This document shows, piece after piece, positions 36,081-47,024 of a DNA stretch of 60,818 nucleotides; position 1 is the stretch's first letter; the number at the start of each line of letters is the position of its first letter. Below the pieces are notes generated by a model that was given only the letters and a program-made list of their open reading frames with translations, was not told the origin of the DNA and did not search any database. The position numbers and the translations under genes were made by a program. The DNA lies in IMG/VR virus record IMGVR_UViG_3300026382_000017, positions 1 through 60,818 of that record. One strand, 5' to 3'. The stretch is from a virus (Duplodnaviria; Caudoviricetes).

Positions 36081-39000
36081 TGAGTGGTGCTAACACTGAA
36101 TTTGTAGATATTATAAAATTAAATTTTGAAAGTAATAGTGAACAATTAGAAAGAAGTTTAGCGGCGCTAAAAGGGTATGTGAGTACTCTAATTCCTCAAA
36201 TGGAACAATTAGCTATTTTATTTGCTTCAATAGGAGAAAAAGGAAAAGCTACTACTATAAAAAATTTTGCTGATGGTTTAATTAAAGCAGGGAATGCCGC
36301 TAAATTTAATAAAGATAATATTGATGAAAGTATAAAAAGTTTTCATAAATTAGCACAAGAAGTTGTTTATTCAGAAAGTGTTTTCAAATCTTTAAGAAAA
36401 GAATTAGATACAAGCAAAATAAAAGACTACTCAAAAGACTTATTAAAATTACAAGATAATTTTGAAAGTTTAAAATTTAGTCTTAAAAAATTAGTAGAAA
36501 CACAAGAAAGATGGACTTCAGGGAAACATGTAAGAAAAGCTAACGAGTTTATTTTGAATACATTAGAAAAAGAAGAAAAAGAAATTTTAAAATTGCAAGA
36601 GGCGTACAGAAGTCTTTTAAAAGATAAAGAAGCAGCTATTGCTGAAAATGATGTAAATGCGTTAAATAAGATTAATAGAGAATTAAAAGAACAAAATAAA
36701 TTAATTCAAGATAAAATAGATAATTTGAGAAGTATAAAAAAAGAATACCGAGAAGTAGCAACTAATTTGAAAGAAATAGATAGAATTTCTTGGGTAAAAG
36801 AAGTTGCTAAAAGAGCAATGGCTTATGCTTCTATCTACGCTTCTATTTATGGTATTATACAAGTAATGAAAGATGCTGTGAAATATATTTCAGAAGTTGA
36901 TTTAGCGACAAAAAGATTACAAGCAGTATTAGGCATTACAAGTTTTAAAGCAAAAAATCTTGAAGAATCTTTTAGGGCATTAGCTAAAACCTTTGGGGGA
37001 AGTCTTGAAGAAATAAATAAAGCCGCTTTGGAATTAGGAAGAGCAGGTATTGACCCATCACAAGTCAAAGAAGCTACAAAAGTTGTTGTTGAATTAGCAA
37101 TGATAACAGGTGATAGTTACGCCTCTGCCACAAATGCTTTAGTTACTTTTAAAGAAAATTATGAAGATATGATAAAAGTTATTTATAAAGGCATTGACCC
37201 TATAAAAATTTTAGGAAATAAAATTGCTTATATTGCTAACGCTTCAAGAATGAGTGTTGAAGATATATCTACTTTTGCAAACTATGCTTTAGCTACAGCT
37301 AAATCTATTGGTTTCACAGTCGATATGGTAGGTGCTTTAGCAATTGCTTTTAATAACGCAGGTAATAGTGCTTCCACTGTTGGTACAGAAATAAGAAGAT
37401 TATCTACAATATTAGTTTCAAAAAAAGAAAATATCAAGAATTTCTTTGATTCAATAGGCTTAAATCAAGAAATTTTAGTTGAGAAGTTTAGAAAAGGGGG
37501 TAAAGAAGCCGAAGAAGCATTTAAAATTTTTCTTACAAGATTAAAAGAAGTTAATGATACTGATTTCAATCATTTAATAGGTGGATTACAAGTTTTAGAT
37601 AGACAAGCTCTTACTATGGCAAGAAATACTGCTCCTGAAGTGTTAAATCAATTTTATAAAATGAAAAATGTTGCTACTGATGGTTTAAAAGAAGCAAGTG
37701 TCATAGCTGAAAGTTATGTTAATATTTGGGAAAGATTTAAAAACTTATTAGGTGACCTTGCTTTAAAATTTGATGAAGTTGTAGAAAGTGGAAGTAAAGC
37801 TTTAGAAAGTTTATTATATCTTTTTTCTGATGAACATACACAAAAATTGATGAAGCTTTCAAAAGAATATAAAGAATTAATAGATTTAAAAAAGTATTAT
37901 GAAAGTATCCACGATAACAAAAGAGTAGAAGCATTAAATAAAGAAATAGCTCTTTTAGAAAAGAAAATTCAATTAGAGAATAAATTAAAAGAGCAAGTTG
38001 AAAGTGTTAGTAAAGCATATAAAACTATTCAAGATATTCATAATATGCATTATAGAATAGCTGATTGGGTTGGAAGTATATTAGAGAAAGACCCTATAAA
38101 AGGTTTAAATCTTATTTTTTCAAAAAAAGGAGAAAGACCTTTTTATGGTGAGAAAAAAGAAGATTTAAAAATTATCAGAGAAGAATTATTAAAAATTATT
38201 GCTACTAACAAACAATTAGCTAAAAGTTTAATAGAAAATCCTATGTTAAATGCTAAAGTAAAAAGAGAACTTAAAAGTCTTATTAAAGATTTTGATGAGA
38301 TTAACAAAAAAACTGAAAAAACAAAAGGTAATTTTAGTGCAATAAAATTTGTTAGCGACGAACAAATAAACAATGCAAGTCATTTATTAGCATTAATTAA
38401 TAAACAATCAAAAGCTTTTAAATTAAATGAAACTTATGTTAAACACTTAAACAATGTTTTAGATACTTTTATAAAAAAACAAAAAAATGCGATTATAGAG
38501 TACTTAAGAACAATAAAAGAAGTTAATAATAGTTTAAAAGAAGTATTGTTTAAAGATATTATAAAAGGAAACTCTATTGAAATAGCTTTTAAATTACAAG
38601 AAGCTATAACTACAGGCAAATTAAACAATAAAAAATTAACAAATGAAGAATTAGCAATTATTAAAAAATTATATAGTTTTTATCAAAAAATTATTAAACT
38701 TGAAAAAATGAAAGCTCAACTAAAATCTATTGAAAATAGCGGAGAGCAAAAAATAATACATACAAAAATAAAGCTAATCGAACTTTTAAGAAAGCAGATA
38801 GAATATCTAAAAGAATATAATAAATTATTATCAAATAATCCAAAAACATTACCAAAAGCTATTTTAGCAACTAAGCAAATGTTTAAATCACAAGAACAAA
38901 AAGCATTAAATTACGCTCAAAGTAATGGTTTCAGACAAACTTTTACAATGTTAAAAGACAATAACATAAAAGGTGCTGCAGAGGTATTACTGAAAGATAT

Positions 39001-41878
39001 GCAAAATACTACTAATCAAAAAGAGCTTGAACGTTTACAACAAATGTATGAATATATAAGAAATCTTTTAACTTTAAAACAAGAATTACGTAGCTTAGAA
39101 AATAAGCAATATCAATATCAAGTGAATCAAGAAAATGCGTTACTTCAGTTATATAACAGAAAAATAAATTACTTAAGAACTTATTTACATTTAATGCAAC
39201 AAACGGGACATATTGATAATGCTTTAGCTAAAATAAATGCAACTAAATTAAATTTAGTAAATCAAGCCAACAAGTATAGCAAAAGTCATAGTTTAGGTGT
39301 TTTTGTAAATAGTAACAATATTGGGACAAATATCGCTACTATTCAACAAGCAATGGCTTCAACACAGGATGAAAAGAAATTACAAGCATTACAAAAAATG
39401 CTTCAATATTTACTCGATATTCAAAATCTTGAAAAAATGTCTGCTGATATTGAGGATAAAAGAGCTAAATTTACGAAACAATTAAATTTTGAATTACAAA
39501 AAACAAACAAAGAACTAAATGGTATAAATATTTGGTATCAAAAACAAATAAATAATGTTGATGCGTGGTATCAAAAGCAAAAAGAAGCACTAAAAAACCT
39601 TTATACAGAAGGAAGTGCTGAATACAATAAACATATTGCTAACTTGAATAAAATAAAAGATCAAAAAATTGCTTTGATTGATAAACAATTAGCTCAAAGC
39701 GTAACTTCTGCTTTACAATCTGGTAATTTAACACAAACATATCAAAAAATATTTGAAATGGCTGCTGCCAAATTGGAACAATCTGGAGATAAAATAGGAG
39801 CAAAAGTTACTTCTACTTTAGCAACACATTTAAATAGTTTAATAAATATTATAAATGTTACTTTAAAAACTATTTTTGAAGATGCTTATAATAAAATTAG
39901 GAATAAATATCAGCCTACTATTAATAATTATCAACAAAGTATTTATACAAAGTCATTACAAACGAATGCTTATAATGCTTTTGGGCAAGAAGGTTTTGCA
40001 AAAGGTGCACAATTACAAGCAAGTGTTGATAACGTATTAATGCTAAAAACACAAAATGATATGAATTATGAATTATCTAAAAAAGCTAAACATTACAAAC
40101 AAGTAACACAAACCACTTTAGAAGCATTATCTTTGGCTGCAGGTGCAGCAGCAGCTGTGTATTTTGATGGTGGTGCTATTTTGGACGGTATTAATATGGC
40201 TATTAAAGCTCAAAATTGGGCAGAACAATTAACAGGGTTTAAAAAATTTCAACAAGCATACATTAATGGAGTTGAAAACTTTAAGCAATCTTTAAGAGAT
40301 TTAGCTAATCAACTTATTCAATTAGCGGGGGATGTGTATAAAAATATTAGAACTTACCGTAGTATTTATGACAAGTTTAGTGGAGATAACACTTATAAAT
40401 TGCAAAAAGAGAAAGAAGCTTTAACAAAAGTAAAAGAAATTGTTGGTTCTTTAAATGTTAAAAGTATTAAAAATTACTTAACTAATTTACTTCAAGCAAG
40501 TAATAATTTTATTAGTAATGCTGTCAATAAATCTCAAGCATTAAAAGCATTAGCAAATGGAATTGATAATGTTACAAGTATTGTTAAAAATAGTGCTGGT
40601 AATTATTCAGATGTATTAAAAGCAATGAATAGTCAAATGAAAGAAGCTTTTAATTTAGTAGGAGATTTAGTAAATAATTTCCATCAAGGAATAAAACAAA
40701 TAAATAAGTATATTGATGAATTAAATGCTAAATACTTTGGCAATGTTAAAGATATAACACGGACTTCACAATCTGATGTGATTAGTTTAATTCAAAAATA
40801 CAAAAAAGGTAAAGTTTCTGCAAATGAAGTTTTAAATGTAGCAAAACAATTTGAACAATATGCAAGTTTTAAGCAAATTAGACAGTTAAAGAGTTCTTTA
40901 ACAAGTATTACGCAAATGAGTGACACTGATTATTTAAAAGGTATTTTAGAGAACCTACAAAATTTAAATGCAGTAGGATTACCAAAAGTTAATATAAAAC
41001 AATTAACTGCTCCTCAAGTAAGTGTAAAAGAAGCAATTGATGATACAAAAAATTTCTTAGTAAAGTTATTAAACTCTTTTAATGATGTATTTACAAATCC
41101 CGGAAGTTGGTTAAGGGATATTCTTAATAAAATATGGAATGCAATTTTAAATATTAGTAGTAGTATCTTTAGTATTACACAAACTTTAGTACCATTTATT
41201 ACTAATGCGTTAGGAAATTTTATTAATATTAGTGGTAAATTATTTTATTATGCTATTGCTAAAATAAGTAGTATCATAAGTGGTTTAGGCAATATTATAA
41301 GTTCAGTTGGTAATAATATTGTCAGAGGTTTAAAAGATATTATTAAAACTATCACTCAAGCAGCTGTAGGTATTATAAAAGGTTCATTATCTATACTTAC
41401 TAATGGATTAAAAAATATTGGAGGCACAGTATTTAGTATAACAAAAAATATAGTAAGTAGTGCGGGAGGTATTGTTCATTCAATAGGTAAATCTGCAAAA
41501 CATATTTTTCATTCTGTAAAACATACTTTTGGGTTTGCACAAGGTGGTTACACAGGTTTAGGCATTGGACAAAAAGACCAAACAGGAGAAGTTGTAGCAG
41601 GTGTGGTTCATGCAGGAGAATGGGTTGCTCCAAAATGGATGTTAAATAAATACCCAGATTTGTTTAAATGGTTAGAAGGAGGAAGAAGAACAGGACAACT
41701 AAAAATACCTCAAATTATTACAGCTCCTGTTATTTCTCCTCCTAATATAAATGTAGAAGTCCAATTAAAAGAATTAAAAGAAACAAATTCGATATTAGAT
41801 GACATTAGACGTTTGGAGGAAAAAATGGTTAGATTGCTCCAAAAATTTGACGATGAAGGTATTAAATGCGTTACTTAA
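36080..41878 (+). CDS. Tape measure protein
   Basis: 1932 aa, helical; TP901-like core (ELGRAG, AGNSASTVGTEIRR), amphipathic repeats, FAQGGYTG...GVVHAGEWV. Confidence 0.93.
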   Translation: MSGANTEFVDIIKLNFESNSEQLERSLAALKGYVSTLIPQMEQLAILFASIGEKGKATTIKNFADGLIKAGNAAKFNKDNIDESIKSFHKLAQEVVYSESVFKSLRKELDTSKIKDYSKDLLKLQDNFESLKFSLKKLVETQERWTSGKHVRKANEFILNTLEKEEKEILKLQEAYRSLLKDKEAAIAENDVNALNKINRELKEQNKLIQDKIDNLRSIKKEYREVATNLKEIDRISWVKEVAKRAMAYASIYASIYGIIQVMKDAVKYISEVDLATKRLQAVLGITSFKAKNLEESFRALAKTFGGSLEEINKAALELGRAGIDPSQVKEATKVVVELAMITGDSYASATNALVTFKENYEDMIKVIYKGIDPIKILGNKIAYIANASRMSVEDISTFANYALATAKSIGFTVDMVGALAIAFNNAGNSASTVGTEIRRLSTILVSKKENIKNFFDSIGLNQEILVEKFRKGGKEAEEAFKIFLTRLKEVNDTDFNHLIGGLQVLDRQALTMARNTAPEVLNQFYKMKNVATDGLKEASVIAESYVNIWERFKNLLGDLALKFDEVVESGSKALESLLYLFSDEHTQKLMKLSKEYKELIDLKKYYESIHDNKRVEALNKEIALLEKKIQLENKLKEQVESVSKAYKTIQDIHNMHYRIADWVGSILEKDPIKGLNLIFSKKGERPFYGEKKEDLKIIREELLKIIATNKQLAKSLIENPMLNAKVKRELKSLIKDFDEINKKTEKTKGNFSAIKFVSDEQINNASHLLALINKQSKAFKLNETYVKHLNNVLDTFIKKQKNAIIEYLRTIKEVNNSLKEVLFKDIIKGNSIEIAFKLQEAITTGKLNNKKLTNEELAIIKKLYSFYQKIIKLEKMKAQLKSIENSGEQKIIHTKIKLIELLRKQIEYLKEYNKLLSNNPKTLPKAILATKQMFKSQEQKALNYAQSNGFRQTFTMLKDNNIKGAAEVLLKDMQNTTNQKELERLQQMYEYIRNLLTLKQELRSLENKQYQYQVNQENALLQLYNRKINYLRTYLHLMQQTGHIDNALAKINATKLNLVNQANKYSKSHSLGVFVNSNNIGTNIATIQQAMASTQDEKKLQALQKMLQYLLDIQNLEKMSADIEDKRAKFTKQLNFELQKTNKELNGINIWYQKQINNVDAWYQKQKEALKNLYTEGSAEYNKHIANLNKIKDQKIALIDKQLAQSVTSALQSGNLTQTYQKIFEMAAAKLEQSGDKIGAKVTSTLATHLNSLINIINVTLKTIFEDAYNKIRNKYQPTINNYQQSIYTKSLQTNAYNAFGQEGFAKGAQLQASVDNVLMLKTQNDMNYELSKKAKHYKQVTQTTLEALSLAAGAAAAVYFDGGAILDGINMAIKAQNWAEQLTGFKKFQQAYINGVENFKQSLRDLANQLIQLAGDVYKNIRTYRSIYDKFSGDNTYKLQKEKEALTKVKEIVGSLNVKSIKNYLTNLLQASNNFISNAVNKSQALKALANGIDNVTSIVKNSAGNYSDVLKAMNSQMKEAFNLVGDLVNNFHQGIKQINKYIDELNAKYFGNVKDITRTSQSDVISLIQKYKKGKVSANEVLNVAKQFEQYASFKQIRQLKSSLTSITQMSDTDYLKGILENLQNLNAVGLPKVNIKQLTAPQVSVKEAIDDTKNFLVKLLNSFNDVFTNPGSWLRDILNKIWNAILNISSSIFSITQTLVPFITNALGNFINISGKLFYYAIAKISSIISGLGNIISSVGNNIVRGLKDIIKTITQAAVGIIKGSLSILTNGLKNIGGTVFSITKNIVSSAGGIVHSIGKSAKHIFHSVKHTFGFAQGGYTGLGIGQKDQTGEVVAGVVHAGEWVAPKWMLNKYPDLFKWLEGGRRTGQLKIPQIITAPVISPPNINVEVQLKELKETNSILDDIRRLEEKMVRLLQKFDDEGIKCVT

Positions 41879-42738
41879 AACAAAATAAAATAACTATACT
41901 TAATACGAATGCGCCATTAGAAGATTATCCTGAATGGGATAGTTCTTCTACTTATAACAAAAATGATAAAGTTATTTATAATAATCATATTTGGACTTCT
42001 TTAATTGATAATAATAATAGTGAACCGGGGACTGATTTGAATTGGTTTGATGAAGGAGTAACTAATCCTTATAGAATGTTAGACGAATACATAAATACAT
42101 ACACGAATGCGCCTGACGATAAAGATTTAACATTTACTTTTGAAACTACCAATTTAAACGCTATAGCTTTTTTTGGGATTTATGGACAAGCTATAAAAAT
42201 AGTTATTAAAGATAAAAATGATACAATTGTTTCTGATGAAACAATTGATTTAGTAAGTAATATTTCAAATTGGGAAGATTATTTTTTTGGGGAAATCTGT
42301 TATAGAGAAAAACTGTATTATCCAACTCCAAATTTATTTTATGCAAAAGTAGAAGTTACTATAATCAAAAAAGATGTAGCTAAATTAGGACTTATTAAAG
42401 TGGGTAAAACAACTTATTTAGGAATTACTGCTACTAATGTTAATGCTTCTATTACTGATTACTCAAAGAAAAAAATCAATGATAATGGAATTATTTATTT
42501 AGAAAAAGGAAATTATGCTGATAGAATTTCTTGTGAAACACAAATTATAGGAGCAGCACAATATAATATTGTAAAAAGTAGATTAGAAAATTTAAGAGCT
42601 ACACCTACTGTTTACATTATTGATGAAAGCGACACTTATTTTGAACTTTTAATTTATGGTTATTATGAAAACTTTTCAGGAAAATTAGAAAGTTGTAAAA
42701 CAAGTAAATTTACAATAGATATACAAGGTTTAATATAA
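41866..42738 (+). CDS. Distal tail/baseplate protein (putative)
   Basis: Follows TMP; EWDSSSTYNKNDKVIYN carbohydrate-binding-like repeat, ITDYS, LENLRATP. Confidence 0.7.
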   Translation: MRYLKQNKITILNTNAPLEDYPEWDSSSTYNKNDKVIYNNHIWTSLIDNNNSEPGTDLNWFDEGVTNPYRMLDEYINTYTNAPDDKDLTFTFETTNLNAIAFFGIYGQAIKIVIKDKNDTIVSDETIDLVSNISNWEDYFFGEICYREKLYYPTPNLFYAKVEVTIIKKDVAKLGLIKVGKTTYLGITATNVNASITDYSKKKINDNGIIYLEKGNYADRISCETQIIGAAQYNIVKSRLENLRATPTVYIIDESDTYFELLIYGYYENFSGKLESCKTSKFTIDIQGLI

Positions 42739-42747
42739 AGGATAAAA

Positions 42748-43503
42748 ATGGCTAAAATTACTCAAGCAATTTCAAGTTTACCTGTTGTTGAGGGAAGATA
42801 TGGAAGTGATTTTATACAACAAGCAGATGCTTTTTTAAATACACTTCCACATTGGTCTCCCCAATTAAATCAATTTGCTCATCAAGCAAACAATTTAAGA
42901 GATGAAGTAAATGACTTTAGAAATACTACATATGATTATATGACAACAACAAAAAATTATATGAACAGTACTTACGTTTATAAAGAAGATGCTATAAATG
43001 CTGCAAATTTTATAAAAAATTATGTTATTCCTCAAGAGGTAACTTATAGTAAAGATACGTTAGATAGCAATTATAATAGTTTACTAACAGCAATAACTGC
43101 TACACAAGTACAAATATCAACAATTACTAATTTTTTGCCGGAGTTAGCAGATTATAAATTAAGAAATGTTGATAGTAAATATATAAAAGATAAAGTAATT
43201 GAAAACTTAGTTTTAGAAAGAGAATATAATAATGGTATAGTTGAATTATTTGGAGGAATTAAACTCCAATTTGGTATTGTACATAGTACAACAGATGACA
43301 ATGGGTATATGGTATTAACATTTCCTTATTCTTTTTCTTTGCAGTGTTTTCAAGTTATTTGTATCGACGATGGTAAGGAAGCTGTCAATTATGGTGTTAT
43401 AGAAATAACAAAAAATACATTTAAAGTAATATGCAGAAATAGTGATGGTAATATAAGAGCTAATAGTTACACAGGATGTAGATTTATGGCAATAGGTGTT
43501 TAA
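42748..43503 (+). CDS. Tail fiber-related protein (gp53-like C-terminal domain)
   Basis: NGIVELFGGIKLQFG, TFPYSFS, FMAIG C-terminus. Confidence 0.75.
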   Translation: MAKITQAISSLPVVEGRYGSDFIQQADAFLNTLPHWSPQLNQFAHQANNLRDEVNDFRNTTYDYMTTTKNYMNSTYVYKEDAINAANFIKNYVIPQEVTYSKDTLDSNYNSLLTAITATQVQISTITNFLPELADYKLRNVDSKYIKDKVIENLVLEREYNNGIVELFGGIKLQFGIVHSTTDDNGYMVLTFPYSFSLQCFQVICIDDGKEAVNYGVIEITKNTFKVICRNSDGNIRANSYTGCRFMAIGV

Positions 43504-43533
43504 AAACAAATAAAAAAATAAAAGGAGAGATAA

Positions 43534-44496
43534 ATGGCTAATCCATTTGATATAGCAAATTTTAATTTAGTGAATTTTGCACAGGTTTTACCTGATGTTT
43601 TAGACAGCGACCCTAAAATAGTTGAATATATTTATAAAGATGCAGATGGAAATATAAAAACTAAAAATGTAGAAAATAGAGGATTATTTAAAAAACATAT
43701 TTGGGATGATGTAGGTGGAGCTTTAGGGCAATTTAACAAAACATTTTATGTTGATCAAGAAAATGGGGATGATAATAATGATGGTAGTAGTAGTCATCCT
43801 TTTAAAACGATAAAAAAGGCGGTTGTTTCTACACCAATTGGAGGGAATTGCACTATTTATATAAAAGGAAATTATGTGTTAGATACTAATATTAATATTG
43901 ATTTTAGAAATGTGAAAATCAATTTACTCGATGGTGCTAAGTTATATGGAAAATGGTATATTGTAGATGACAAAGCAAGACTTTACGATATAGATTTTAG
44001 CAATGGTTTTCTATATATATATATAAGACAAATGGAAGAAAATGGAGAACCCTCACAAATAATTATTCCTGAAAACGATACAGGAAAAGATATAGAAGTA
44101 GAATATCATCAATTATTTAGATATTCAGGAGGAAATGCATTTTCAACACTTAAAATTTTCTTTATGAACAAAGTAGATGGAGCAAATATTATAGAAGTAA
44201 ATGATGGGAAATTATTTAAAGTTCATGCTTGGTTAAGACAATATGGACATCCACAAGTTAAAATTCAAGGACATTATGGAGGCTCAAAAATAATGGTAAA
44301 TACCGATACTTTAGCTAATCATTTTATTGATTTTGCAGGAAGCCCAGCCACTTTTGCTTGGCAAGTTGAGAGTGCTGATTTAATTGACCAAAACGGAAAT
44401 AATATAGATATTAAAGATCACGTTGCTGGAATTATCAGAGATGCAGATTCAGGTAATCCAATCAACTTACTTTCAAACATTAATTTTAGTGATTAA
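43534..44496 (+). CDS. Tail fiber/receptor-binding protein (putative)
   Basis: FYVD..NGDDNNDG....PFKTIKKAV beta-helix leader motif. Confidence 0.7.
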   Translation: MANPFDIANFNLVNFAQVLPDVLDSDPKIVEYIYKDADGNIKTKNVENRGLFKKHIWDDVGGALGQFNKTFYVDQENGDDNNDGSSSHPFKTIKKAVVSTPIGGNCTIYIKGNYVLDTNINIDFRNVKINLLDGAKLYGKWYIVDDKARLYDIDFSNGFLYIYIRQMEENGEPSQIIIPENDTGKDIEVEYHQLFRYSGGNAFSTLKIFFMNKVDGANIIEVNDGKLFKVHAWLRQYGHPQVKIQGHYGGSKIMVNTDTLANHFIDFAGSPATFAWQVESADLIDQNGNNIDIKDHVAGIIRDADSGNPINLLSNINFSD

Positions 44497-44507
44497 GGAG
44501 AAACAAA

Positions 44508-44957
44508 ATGATTAAACAAATTAAACTAAAAAATCTAATTCATACAAACATAGAGCCTTATTTTATAGACGAAGAAGGAAATAAAGTTTGGAATATTCCT
44601 TCTGATTTGGAAGGATTAAAAGCAGCAACAATAGATACTTTTAATTGGCTAATAGGACAAGAAGTAAAGAAAACTGCTAAAAATTTCACAGGTTTATCTG
44701 CATCTAACTCAAAAGCGATAGCACTACTTATAAAAATTATAGACGCTCAAAGTCCTAATTTAGATAATTTGACAGCTTTAGAAAAGAGTGCTTATAAAAA
44801 GATGCTTAATTTAGCAAATGCAGGTTATAGTGATAGTGAATTGTTAAACAATGTTTTAGACGCTGTAACAAACAATATTGTAGCTTATTCAGAAAAAATA
44901 GATAAAGCACTTGAAGCACAAAGTGTAGATGAACTTATAGAATTATTAAGTGAGTAA
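44508..44957 (+). CDS. Tail fiber assembly-like protein
   Basis: Position; C-terminal A.SVDEL. Confidence 0.55.
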   Translation: MIKQIKLKNLIHTNIEPYFIDEEGNKVWNIPSDLEGLKAATIDTFNWLIGQEVKKTAKNFTGLSASNSKAIALLIKIIDAQSPNLDNLTALEKSAYKKMLNLANAGYSDSELLNNVLDAVTNNIVAYSEKIDKALEAQSVDELIELLSE

Positions 44958-44959
44958 AT

Positions 44960-45292
44960 ATGCTTAAATACTCAGATTTTTGGTTACAACCATTAAGAAA
45001 TCATAAATTTAAGCTTATAAAAGACGTTAAATATAAAGACTTAACTATTCCAAAAGGGTTTAGAACAGATGGGGCTACAATACCTCGAGTTTTCTGGAGT
45101 TTGTATCCACCAAATCGCACAGACTATTTACCTTGTGCGATTATTCACGATTACTTATGTGATAAAGGTGAATATAAAAAAGCAGATGAATTTTTTAGAG
45201 AGTGCCTTAAAGAAATAGGAGTTAGCAAAATTACAAGATGTTTGTTTTATTATGCAGTTAGGATATACCATAAAATTAGATACAAGGAGTAA
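44960..45292 (+). CDS. DUF1353-family protein
   Basis: IPKGFRTDGATIPR, AIIHDYLC, AD.FF.E.L, YAVR. Confidence 0.85.
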   Translation: MLKYSDFWLQPLRNHKFKLIKDVKYKDLTIPKGFRTDGATIPRVFWSLYPPNRTDYLPCAIIHDYLCDKGEYKKADEFFRECLKEIGVSKITRCLFYYAVRIYHKIRYKE

Positions 45293-45294
45293 AA

Positions 45295-45480
45295 ATGAAA
45301 AAAGTTATTTTTCTTTTAATAACAGGAATAGTATTAGTTGGGTGTAGTGATAAAGTTTTAACTATTACAAAATGCAAATCTTATAGAGATGGAATTTGTG
45401 TAGCAAAAGATGTAAAACAAGTTAAAGAATGTAAAAACCCAAGGAAAATAAATAATAAAATCTATTGTGAAAAGGATTGA
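45295..45480 (+). CDS. Small Cys-rich lipoprotein (possible outer-membrane spanin-like)
   Basis: Lipobox LVGC; in the lysis region. Confidence 0.6.
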   Translation: MKKVIFLLITGIVLVGCSDKVLTITKCKSYRDGICVAKDVKQVKECKNPRKINNKIYCEKD

Positions 45481-45986
45481 AGATGTTGCAGATTTTAGGA
45501 ATGTTAGCATCAGCAGGATTAGATTTAATTAAAGATTTTGTTGAAGCGGGAAAAGATAAAGCAGCAGAAGTTATTAAAGAAAAAACAGGAATTGATTTAG
45601 CAAAAACAAAAAAATTAACTCCACAAGACATTCAAAAATTAAAAGAATTTCAAGAAAAAAATAAAGAGTTTTTATTAAAACAATTAGAATTAATTACAAA
45701 AGACAAACAAAATGCAAGAGAAATGCGAGTAGAAACTCTAACAAATGATAAAACTCCATTATTTAGTAAAATATTTCCTGATATTTTAGCAGGAGTAACA
45801 GTAGTTGCTACGTTTATTTTATTTTATGTTTTTGCATCTGGTAAAATTTCAACAGAACAAAAAGATATTGTTCTTTATATTTTAGGTATGTTAAGCGGAA
45901 TTACTGCTACTATTTATGCGTTTTATTTTGGCTCAAGCAAAGGTTCCCAAGAAAAAACGCATTTATTAGGAAAGAAAAATGGCTAA
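45477..45986 (+). CDS. Holin-like membrane protein
   Basis: D.QNAREM, two C-terminal TMs ending FYFGSSKGS. Confidence 0.7.
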   Translation: MKMLQILGMLASAGLDLIKDFVEAGKDKAAEVIKEKTGIDLAKTKKLTPQDIQKLKEFQEKNKEFLLKQLELITKDKQNAREMRVETLTNDKTPLFSKIFPDILAGVTVVATFILFYVFASGKISTEQKDIVLYILGMLSGITATIYAFYFGSSKGSQEKTHLLGKKNG

Positions 45987-46647
45987 GTACATTAAAGAAA
46001 AACTAAAACAAAGATTGTTTTGGTTACTTCTTTTTGTCTTTGCTTTTTTTGGTATTATGCTCACTAACTATATTTTATATAAATCGGAGATAAACATAGC
46101 TAAATACCAAAATGAGTTGAATTTAAAACAAATTAAAACTTGTATAAATGATTTAAAAGATATAAATTTAACAATATTAGAAAAAATAAATATTTGTGCC
46201 GACAATAGTTTGACATTAGGGCAAACAGGAGATGCTTTTGTAGTCAATTTAAAGGATATGAAAGTTATATGGGATAATAGTATTGATTGCAAAATTTATG
46301 GCACAAACTACTTAACTAAAAATAGTATTTGTAAATATGCAAAAGACTTTGATAGTTGTATTAAATTATCTAAACGTATGAAACAAGGATATAATGGAAC
46401 TTATATTTGGAATTTTGATGGAAAACCCGAAATAACATCTTGGATTATTTTGCCAAACGAAACTACAAATTTTGATGGTAGTAAAAGATCTTTCGTAGGT
46501 ATTAAAGACCAAATTATTATAGCACAAGGTGCTCAATTAGATGAAGTAAAGCAACATTTTGAACTTATTAAAATATTTGTAAATCTTATTGGATTTGCTT
46601 TACTATTAGTTTTAGCTACGTTTGCTTATTATAATAAAAAGGAATAA
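45979..46647 (+). CDS. Two-TM protein with periplasmic Cache/PAS-like domain
   Basis: TM - GDAFVVN...MKQGYNGTYIWNFDGK...IIIAQG - TM, no cytoplasmic output domain. Confidence 0.6.
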   Translation: MAKYIKEKLKQRLFWLLLFVFAFFGIMLTNYILYKSEINIAKYQNELNLKQIKTCINDLKDINLTILEKINICADNSLTLGQTGDAFVVNLKDMKVIWDNSIDCKIYGTNYLTKNSICKYAKDFDSCIKLSKRMKQGYNGTYIWNFDGKPEITSWIILPNETTNFDGSKRSFVGIKDQIIIAQGAQLDEVKQHFELIKIFVNLIGFALLLVLATFAYYNKKE

Positions 46648-46997
46648 TGATGCCTCATAATACACCACCTGAACATATAAGTTCTTTTTTAGACTTTATA
46701 TTTTTTATAAAAGACACTCTATTAGGTTTAATAGGTGGTGCTATTGCGTACCTATTAAAATATTATAGAGAAAAACAATCTGGAAATGCTTTCGCTTTTG
46801 ATATTGGTATTTTTTTAATCAATATGGTTTTTGGAGGTTTTGTAGCTTATTTAGTAGGAACTTCCTTGCCTTTAGAAATACAATATAGAGATTTTATTAT
46901 TGGAGCAAGTGGTGTTGCTTCTTACCAAATTTTATCATTTATTGAAAGTGATTTAGCAAAAAGAATTATTGATTATATTACTAAAAAACCCTCATAA
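46647..46997 (+). CDS. Holin (putative)
   Basis: Three Gly-rich TM helices, basic C-terminus, last gene of the late operon. Confidence 0.7.
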   Translation: MMPHNTPPEHISSFLDFIFFIKDTLLGLIGGAIAYLLKYYREKQSGNAFAFDIGIFLINMVFGGFVAYLVGTSLPLEIQYRDFIIGASGVASYQILSFIESDLAKRIIDYITKKPS

Positions 46998-47005
46998 GAG
47001 GGTTG
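46985..47005. terminator. Hairpin between convergent operons (possible bidirectional terminator)
   Basis: AACCCTC-ATAA-GAGGGTT preceded by an A run. Confidence 0.55.
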
Positions 47006-47024
47006 TTACTCTTGGTATCTTTTA

